Positions 1 to 7,678 of a DNA stretch of 64,000 nt are shown in pieces; positions within the stretch are counted from its first letter, which is position 1; the number at the start of each line of letters is the position of its first letter. The notes beneath the pieces were generated by a model, which saw only the letters and a list, made by a program, of their open reading frames with translations, was not told the origin of the DNA and searched no databases. The DNA is taken from NCBI RefSeq assembly GCF_964355755.1, contig NC_092675.1, positions 8,799,812 to 8,863,811 on the forward strand. Reading direction: 5' to 3'. The translations under genes and the position numbers were made by a program. The stretch is from Antedon mediterranea (Eukaryota > Animalia > Echinodermata).

Positions 1-86
1 ATGTTTATTTTACCTTTCAATTATGTTTTTTGACAGTAACTATAAGATCTTTCTCAGTTATAATCTTGAACCGCAAGTAACCGAAT

Positions 87-202
87 GTCTACAACCATAC
101 CAAGTTGAAAACACCGTTTCTCGTCCAAACTCGTTAAACAACGTCGGGCCTGGTTAGTACTTGGATGGGAGACCGCCTGGGAATACCTGGTGTCGTAGAC
201 CT
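87..202 (+). pseudogene. 5S copy with a 4-nt deletion in helix III (116 nt)
   Basis: CCAAACTCGTTAAAC replaces CCGAACACCGCAGTTAAAC; the same lesion occurs at 1709 and near 4986. Confidence 0.8.
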
Positions 203-291
203 ATGTTTAACTTTTTTAAATTATACTAAACAATGTTTATTTTACCTTTCAATTATGTTTTTATGACAGTAACTATAAGATCTTTCTCAGT

Positions 292-297
292 TATAAT
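292..297 (+). promoter_or_regulatory. TATA-like box (TATAAT) at -28..-23, present in most monomers; TATATA in units that follow a long module
   Basis: Fixed position upstream of +1 G (320). TATA-like elements at about -30 to -25 are an established feature of many metazoan 5S genes. Confidence 0.65.
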
Positions 298-319
298 CTT
301 GAACCGCAAGTAACCGAAC

Positions 320-439
320 GTCTACAACCATACCACGTTGAAAACGCCGGTTCTCGTCCGAACACCGCAGTTAAACAACGTCGGGCCTGGTTAGTACTTG
401 GATGGGAGACCGCCTGGGAATACCTGGTGTCGTAGACCT
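320..439 (+). rRNA. 5S rRNA: 5S rRNA gene copy (A27G variant)
   Basis: Full 120-nt copy with AAAACGCCGG in place of AAAACACCGG. Confidence 0.85.
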
Positions 440-556
440 ATGTGTAACTTTTTTAAATTATACTAAATAAAGTTTATTTTACCTTTCAATTATATTTTTA
501 TGACAGTAACTATAAGATCTTTCTAAGTTATAATCTTGAACCGCAAGTAACCGAAT

Positions 557-609
557 GTCTACAACCGTACCAGGTTGCCTAGCCTGTGAATATCTGTTGT
601 CGTACACCT
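557..609 (+). pseudogene. Internally deleted 5S pseudogene (nt 1-21 joined to a diverged nt ~90-120), in every long module
   Basis: GTCTACAACCGTACCAGGTTG followed by CCTAGCCTGTGAATATCTGTTGTCGTACACCT, which aligns to ACCGCCTGGGAATACCTGGTGTCGTAGACCT; followed by T5; lacks box A and most of box C. Confidence 0.85.
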
Positions 610-736
610 GTTTTTATCTTTTTAATAATCCTAAAATATAGTCTCGTTTAAGTGTTTCGATTTTCCAAAAATGTGTTTATACTGTTGATGATAGTATAAG
701 TAAATAAATTCAAACTGTAACCGCAATTAATCGAAA

Positions 737-796
737 GTTTTTCAACTAAACTGCATTGAAAACAACGGTTCTCGTCCGATCACTGAAGTTAAACAA
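737..796 (+). pseudogene. Decayed 5S 5' half (nt 1-~59), in every long module
   Basis: TTGAAAACAACGGTTCTCGTCCGATCACTGAAGTTAAACAA preceded by a degenerate upstream motif AACCGCAATTAATCGAAA. Confidence 0.85.
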
Positions 797-1002
797 GTTT
801 TTGTTCAAAGACATGTTTGTTGTTGTATGTTGCTGCTGTGGTGACGGTACAAACGTCACTGTACTACGCGGGCGTCCACTTGTGTGCGCGTTTGATTCTT
901 AGCAACAAAGCGGCCTGAATCTTTTGTACATGCCGCTAATGTGTTATGCTTCATTGTACAGTGTTATTGTTTCCTTTATATTATCTTTTTAAGAACCTCA
1001 GT
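797..1002. other. ~200 bp non-5S insert of unknown origin with several inverted repeats
   Basis: No similarity to the monomer; starts with (GTT)n/(GCT)n-like low-complexity sequence and has a GC-rich core with stems 828-834/901-907, 841-846/854-859, 866-870/887-891 and 909-914/932-937. Confidence 0.7.
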
Positions 1003-1048
1003 ATAACTTTTTAAATTATACTAAACAAAGTTGAATTTACCTTTCAAG

Positions 1049-1175
1049 TATGTGTTTCTTCAACAGAAGTGGGTGTAAATATCAACGTCATGGTTTCAGC
1101 AGCTGCTAATTTCAATCCTAGAAAATGTTCTATAATAAATGAACAAAAGTATTAGGTTATAGGATATATGTGTTT
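1049..1175. mobile_element. 109 bp insertion in a diverged spacer, flanked by 9-bp direct repeats TATGTGTTT
   Basis: Spacer homology stops after CCTTTCAAGTATGTGTTT (1057) and resumes near TTTTG(G/A)CAGT; TATGTGTTT occurs at 1049-1057 and 1167-1175. Confidence 0.4.
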
Positions 1176-1472
1176 ATAGAGATTTTGGCAGTGAATATAA
1201 GATTTATATATACTTTGAACCGCAAGTAACCGAACGTCTACAACCATACCATGTTGAAAACACCGGTTCTCGTCCGAACACCGCAGTTAAACAACGTCGG
1301 GCCTCGTTAGTACTTGGATGGGAGACCGCCTGGGAATACCTGGTGTCGTAGACCTATGTTTAACTTTTTTAAATTATACTAAACAAAGTTTATTTTACCT
1401 TTCAATTATGTTTTTATGACAGTAACTATAAGATATTTCTAAGTTATAATCTTGAACCGCAAGTAACCGAAC

Positions 1473-1592
1473 GTCTACAACCATACCACGTTGAAAACAC
1501 CGGTTCTCGTCCGAACACCGCAGTTAAACAACGTCGGGCCTGGTTAGTACTTGGATGGGAGACCGCCTGGGAATACCTGGTGTCGTAGACCT
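1473..1592 (+). rRNA. 5S rRNA: 5S rRNA gene, representative majority haplotype (120 nt)
   Basis: 120 nt; nt 1-9 pair with 110-118 (one A.C mismatch), 14-21 with 57-65, 27-32 with 45-52, 67-71 with 104-108 and 78-86 with 91-98, i.e. the five-helix 5S fold. Confidence 0.9.
1522..1569 (+). promoter_or_regulatory. Pol III type-1 internal control region (box A nt 50-64, intermediate element 67-72, box C 80-97), representative
   Basis: AGTTAAACAACGTCG...TGGATGGGAGACCGCCTG at the canonical 5S ICR positions; box A has AGTTAAAC rather than the usual AGYTAAGC. Confidence 0.75.
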
Positions 1593-1601
1593 ATGTTTAA
1601 C

Positions 1602-1607
1602 TTTTTT
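1602..1607 (+). terminator. Pol III oligo-dT terminator (T6), representative
   Basis: GTAGACCT-ATGTTTAAC-TTTTTT; first run of 4 or more T, 9 nt after nt 120, in essentially every monomer. Confidence 0.75.
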
Positions 1608-4600
1608 AAATTATACTAAACAATGTTTATTTTACCTTTCAATTATGTTTTTTGACAGTAACTATAAGATCTTTCTCAGTTATAATCTTGAACCGCAAGT
1701 AACCGAATGTCTACAACCATACCAAGTTGAAAACACCGTTTCTCGTCCAAACTCGTTAAACAACGTCGGGCCTGGTTAGTACTTGGATGGGAGACCGCCT
1801 GGGAATACCTGGTGTCGTAGACCTATGTTTAACTTTTTTAAATTATACTAAACAATGTTTATTTTACCTTTCAATTATGTTTTTATGACAGTAACTATAA
1901 GATCTTTCTCAGTTATAATCTTGAACCGCAAGTAACCGAACGTCTACAACCATACCACGTTGAAAACGCCGGTTCTCGTCCGAACACCGCAGTTAAACAA
2001 CGTCGGGCCTGGTTAGTACTTGGATGGGAGACCGCCTGGGAATACCTGGTGTCGTAGACCTATGTGTAACTTTTTTAAATTATACTAAATAAAGTTTATT
2101 TTACCTTTCAATTATATTTTTATGACAGTAACTATAAGATCTTTCTAAGTTATAATCTTGAACCGCAAGTAACCGAATGTCTACAACCGTACCAGGTTGC
2201 CTAGCCTGTGAATATCTGTTGTCGTACACCTGTTTTTATCTTTTTAATAATCCTAAAATATAGTCTCGTTTAAGTGTTTCGATTTTCCAAAAATGTGTTT
2301 ATACTGTTGATGATAGTATAAGTAAATAAATTCAAACTGTAACCGCAATTAATCGAAAGTTTTTCAACTAAACTGCATTGAAAACAACGGTTCTCGTCCG
2401 ATCACTGAAGTTAAACAAGTTTTTGTTCAAAGACATGTTTGTTGTTGTATGTTGCTGCTGTGGTGACGGTACAAACGTCACTGTACTACGCGGGCGTCCA
2501 CTTGTGTGCGCGTTTGATTCTTAGCAACAAAGCGGCCTGAATCTTTTGTACATGCCGCTAATGTGTTATGCTTCATTGTACAGTGTTATTGTTTCCTTTA
2601 TATTATCTTTTTAAGAACCTCAGTATAACTTTTTAAATTATACTAAACAAAGTTGAATTTACCTTTCAAGTATGTGTTTCTTCAACAGAAGTGGGTGTAA
2701 ATATCAACGTCATGGTTTCAGCAGCTGCTAATTTCAATCCTAGAAAATGTTCTATAATAAATGAACAAAAGTATTAGGTTATAGGATATATGTGTTTATA
2801 GAGATTTTGGCAGTGAATATAAGATTTATATATACTTTGAACCGCAAGTAACCGAACGTCTACAACCATACCATGTTGAAAACACCGGTTCTCGTCCGAA
2901 CACCGCAGTTAAACAACGTCGGGCCTCGTTAGTACTTGGATGGGAGACCGCCTGGGAATACCTGGTGTCGTAGACCTATGTTTAACTTTTTTAAATTATA
3001 CTAAACAAAGTTTATTTTACCTTTCAATTATGTTTTTATGACAGTAACTATAAGATATTTCTAAGTTATAATCTTGAACCGCAAGTAACCGAACGTCTAC
3101 AACCATACCACGTTGAAAACACCGGTTCTCGTCCGAACACCGCAGTTAAACAACGTCGGGCCTGGTTAGTACTTGGATGGGAGACCGCCTGGGAATACCT
3201 GGTGTCGTAGACCTATGTTTAACTTTTTTAAATTATACTAAACAATGTTTATTTTACCTTTCAATTATGTTTTTTGACAGTAACTATAAGATCTTTCTCA
3301 GTTATAATCTTGAACCGCAAGTAACCGAATTTCTACAACCGTACCACGTTGAAAACACCGGTTCTCGTCCGAACACCGCAGTTAAACAACGTCAGGCCTG
3401 GTTAGTACTTGGATGGGAGACCGCCTGGGAATACCTGGTGTCGTAGACCTATGTTTAACTTTTTTAAATTATACTAAATAAAGTTTATTTTACCTTTCAA
3501 TTATATTTTTATGACAGTAACTATAAGATCTTTCAAAGTTATAACCTTGAACCGCAAGTAACCGAATGTCTACAACCGTACCAGGTTGAAAACACCGGTT
3601 CTCGTCCGAACACCGCAGTTAAACAACGTCGGGCCTTGTTAGTACTTGGATGGGAGACCGCCTGGGAATACCTGGTGTCTTAGACCTATGTTTAACTTTT
3701 TTAAATTATACTAAATAAAGTTTATTTTACCTTTCAATTATATTTTTATGACAGTAACTATAAGATCTTTCTCAGTTATAATCTTGAACCGCAAATAACC
3801 GAACGTCTACAACCATACCACGTTGAAAACACCGGTTCTCCTCCAAACACCGCAGTTAAACAACGTCGGGCCTGGTTAGTACTTGGATGGGAGACCGCCT
3901 GGGAATACCTGGTGTCGTAGACCTATGTTTAACTTTTTTAAATTATACTAAACAATGTTTATTTTACCTTTCAATTATGTTTTTTGACAGTAACTATAAG
4001 ATCTTTCTCAGTTATAATCTTGAACCGCAAGTAACCGAACGTCTACAACCATACCACGTTGAAAACACCGGTTCTCGTCCGAACACCGCAGTTAAACAAC
4101 GTCGGGCCTGGTTAGTACTTGGATGGGAGACCGCCTGGGAATACCTGGTGTCGTAGACCTATGTTTAACTTTTTTAAATTATACTAAACAATGTTTATTT
4201 TACCTTTCAATTATGTTTTTTGACAGTAACTATAAGATCTTTCTCAGTTATAATCTTGAACCGCAAGTAACCGAATGTCTACAACCATACCACGTTGAAA
4301 ACACCGGTTCTCGTCCGAACACCGCAGTTAAACAACGTTGGGCCTGGTTAGTACTTGGATGGGAGACCGCCTGGGAATACCTGGTGTCGTAGACCTATGT
4401 TTAACTTTTTTAAATTATACTAAACAATGTTTATTTTACCTTTCAATTATGTTTTTATGACAGTAACTATAAGATCTTTCAAAGTTATAATCTTGAACCG
4501 CAAGTAACCGAATGTCTACAACCATACCACGTTGAAAACACCGGTTCTCGTTGGAACACCGCAGTTAAACAACGTCGGGCCTGGTTAGTACTTGGATGGG

Positions 4601-7558
4601 AGACCGCCTGGGAATACCTGGTGTCGTAGACCTATGTTTAACTTTTTTAAATTATACTAAATAATGTTTATTTTACCTTTCAATTATGTTTTTTGACAGT
4701 AACTATAAGATCTTTCTCAGTTATAATCTTGAACCGCAAGTAACCGAACGTCTACAACCATACCACGTTGAAAACACCGGTTCTCGTCCGAACACCGCAG
4801 TTAAACAACGTCGGGCCTGGTTAGTACTTGGATGGGAGACCGCCTGGGAATACCTGGTGTCGTAGACCTATGTTTAACTTTTTTAAATTATACTAAACAA
4901 TGTTTATTTTACCTTTCAATTATGTTTTTTGACAGTAACTATAAGATCTTTCTCAGTTATAATCTTGAACCGCAAGTAACCGAATGTCTACAACCATACC
5001 AAGTTGAAAACACCGGTTCTCGTCCGAACTCGTTAAACAACGTCGGGCCTGGTTAGTACTTGGATGGGAGACCGCCTGGGAATACCTGGTGTCGTAGACC
5101 TATGTTTAACTTTTTTAAATTATACTAAACAATTTTTTTTTTACCTTTCAATTATGTTTTTAAGACAGTAACTATAAGATCTTTCTAAGTTATAATCTTG
5201 AACCGCAAGTAACCGAACGTCTACAACCATACCACGTTGAAAACGCCGGTTCTCGTCCGAACACCGCAGTTAAACAACGTCGGGCCTGGTTAGTACTTGG
5301 ATGGGAGACCGCCTGGGAATACCTGGTGTCGTAGACCTATGTGTAACTTTTTTAAATTATACTAAATAAAGTTTATTTTACCTTTCAATTATATTTTTAT
5401 GACAGTAACTATAAGATCTTTCTAAGTTATAATCTTGAACCGCAAGTAACCGAATGTCTACAACCGTACCAGGTTGCCTAGCCTGTGAATATCTGTTGTC
5501 GTACACCTGTTTTTATCTTTTTAATAATCCTAAAATATAGTCTCGTTTAAGTGTTTCGATTTTCCAAAAATGTGTTTATACTGTTGATGATAGTATAAGT
5601 AAATAAATTCAAACTGTAACCGCAATTAATCGAAAGTTTTTCAACTAAACTGCATTGAAAACAACGGTTCTCGTCCGATCACTGAAGTTAAACAAGTTGT
5701 TGTTCAAAGACATGTTTGTTGTTGTATGTTGCTGCTGTGGTGACGGTACAAACGTCACTGTACTACGCGGGCGTCCACTTGTGTGCGCGTTTGATTCTTA
5801 GCAACAAAGCGGCCTGAATCTTTTGTACATGCCGCTAATGTGTTATGCTTCATTGTACAGTGTTATTGTTTCCTTTATATTATCTTTTTAAGAACCTCAG
5901 TATAACTTTTTAAATTATACTAAAAAAGTTGAATTTACCTTTCAAGTATGTGTTTCTTCAACAGAAGTGGGTGTAAATATCAACGTCATGGTTTCAGCAG
6001 CTGCTAATTTCAATCCTAGAAAATGTTCTATAATAAATGAACAAAAGTATTAGGTTATAGGATATATGTGTTTATAGAGATTTTGACAGTGAATTTAAGA
6101 TTTATATATACTTTGAACCGCAAGTAACCGAACGTCTACAACCATACCATGTTGAAAACACCGGTTCTCGTCCGAACACCGCAGTTAAACAACGTCGGGC
6201 CTCGTTAGTACTTGGATGGGAGACCGCCTGGGAATACCTGGTGTCGTAGACCTATGTTTAACTTTTTTAAATTATACTAAACAAAGTTTATTTTACCTTT
6301 CAATTATGTTTTTATGACAGTAACTATAAGATCTTTCTAAGTTATAATCTTGAACCGCAAGTAACCGAACGTCTACAACCATACCACGTTGAAAACACCG
6401 GTTCTCGTCCGAACACCGCAGTTAAGCAACGTCGGGCCTCGTTAGTACTTGGATGGGAGACCGCCTGGGAATACCTGGTGTCGTAGACCTATGTTTAACT
6501 TTTTTAAATTATACTAAACAAAGTTTATTTTACCTTTCAATTATGTTTTTATGACAGTAACTATAAGATCTTTCTAAGTTATAATCTTGAACCGCAAGTA
6601 ACCGAACGTCTACAACCATACCACGTTGAAAACACCGGTTCTCGTCCGAACACCGCAGTTAAACAACGTCGGGCCTGGTTAGTACTTGGATGGGAGACCG
6701 CCTGGGAATACCTGGTGTCGTAGACCTATGTTTAACTTTTTTAAATTATACTAAACAATGTTTATTTTACCTTTCAATTATGTTTTTTGACAGTAACTAT
6801 AAGATCTTTCTCAGTTATAATCTTGAACCGCAAGTAACCGAATGTCTACAATTCAACCATACCACGTTGAAAACACCGGTTCTCGTCCGAACACCGCAGT
6901 TAAACAACGTCGGGCCTGGTTAGTACTTGGATGGGAGACCGCCTGGGAATACCTGGTGTCGTAGACCTATGTTTAACTTTTTTAAATTATACTAAACAAT
7001 GTTTATTTTACCTTTCAATTATGTTTTTATGACAGTAACTATAAGATCTTTCAAAGTTATAATCTTGAACCGCAAGTAACCGAATGTCTACAACCATACC
7101 ACGTTGAAAACACCGGTTCTCGTCGGAACACCGCAGTTAAACAACGTCGGGCCTGGTTAGTACTTGGATGGGAGACCGCCTGGGAATACCTGGTGTCGTA
7201 GACCTATGTTTAACTTTTTTAAATTATACTAAATAAAGTTTATTTTACCTTTCAATTATATTTTTATGACAGTCACTATAAGATCTTTCTAAGTTATAAT
7301 CTTGAACCGCAAGTAACCGAACGTCTACAACCATACCACGTTGAAAACACCGGTTCTCCTCCGAACACCGCAGTTAAACAACGTCGGGCCTGGTTAGTAC
7401 TTGGATGGGAGACCGCCTGGGAATACCTGGTGTCGTAGACCTATGTTTAACTTTTTTAAATTATACTAAACAATGTTTATTTTACCTTTCAATTATGTTT
7501 TTTGACAGTAACTATAAGATCTTTCTCAGTTATAATCTTGAACCGCAAGTAACCGAAT

Positions 7559-7678
7559 GTCTACAACCATACCACGTTGAAAACACCGGTTCTCGTCCGA
7601 ACACCGCAGTTAAACAACGTCGGGCCTCGTTAGTACTTGGATGGGAGAACACCAGGGAATACGTGGTGTCGTAGACCT
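7559..7678 (+). rRNA. 5S rRNA: 5S rRNA gene, minor haplotype B (G70C, C91A, G93A, T96A, C105G)
   Basis: Reads GGGCCTCGTTAG...GGGAGAACACCAGGGAATACGTGG; recurs at 13733(+), 19009(-), 22494(-), 24151(-), 27404(-), ~28114(-) and 28351(-). Confidence 0.85.

Larger units (their letters stand above)
557..1235 (+). repeat. ~680 bp composite module (first of about 42 copies)
   Basis: Near-identical block repeated at 2179, 5456, 8032, 9183, 10577, 13970 and onward to 62770, and reverse-complemented four times in the inverted block. Confidence 0.95.

Noticed and set aside
684-760. Hammerhead ribozyme suggested by TTGATGA...CGAAA
   Set aside because: The core reads TTGATGA rather than CTGATGA, and I could not build stems I-III around it.
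813-902. 29-aa Cys-rich micro-ORF MFVVVCCCCGDGTNVTVLRGRPLVCAFDS; the 30-bp palindrome insertion keeps its frame
   Set aside because: The Cys/Val run derives from GTT/GCT low-complexity sequence, an ORF this short is expected by chance, and frame preservation has a 1-in-3 probability.
797-1200. Linked tRNA, U1/U2/U5 snRNA or spliced-leader RNA gene in the long module
   Set aside because: I found no GTTCRA T-loop with cloverleaf, no U1 or U2 5' ends, no U5 loop, and no convincing splice donor plus Sm site on either strand. An Rfam scan is needed to exclude divergent forms.
1511-1516. Bacterial-type CCGAAC loop C, suggesting prokaryotic 5S or horizontal transfer
   Set aside because: It is a single T-to-A change. 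The rest of the gene, the ICR, the T-run terminator and the tandem organisation are metazoan-type.
6844-6968. 5S copy with a 5-nt insertion (TTCAA) near the 5' end
   Set aside because: A single private indel, i.e. ordinary decay or a sequencing error.
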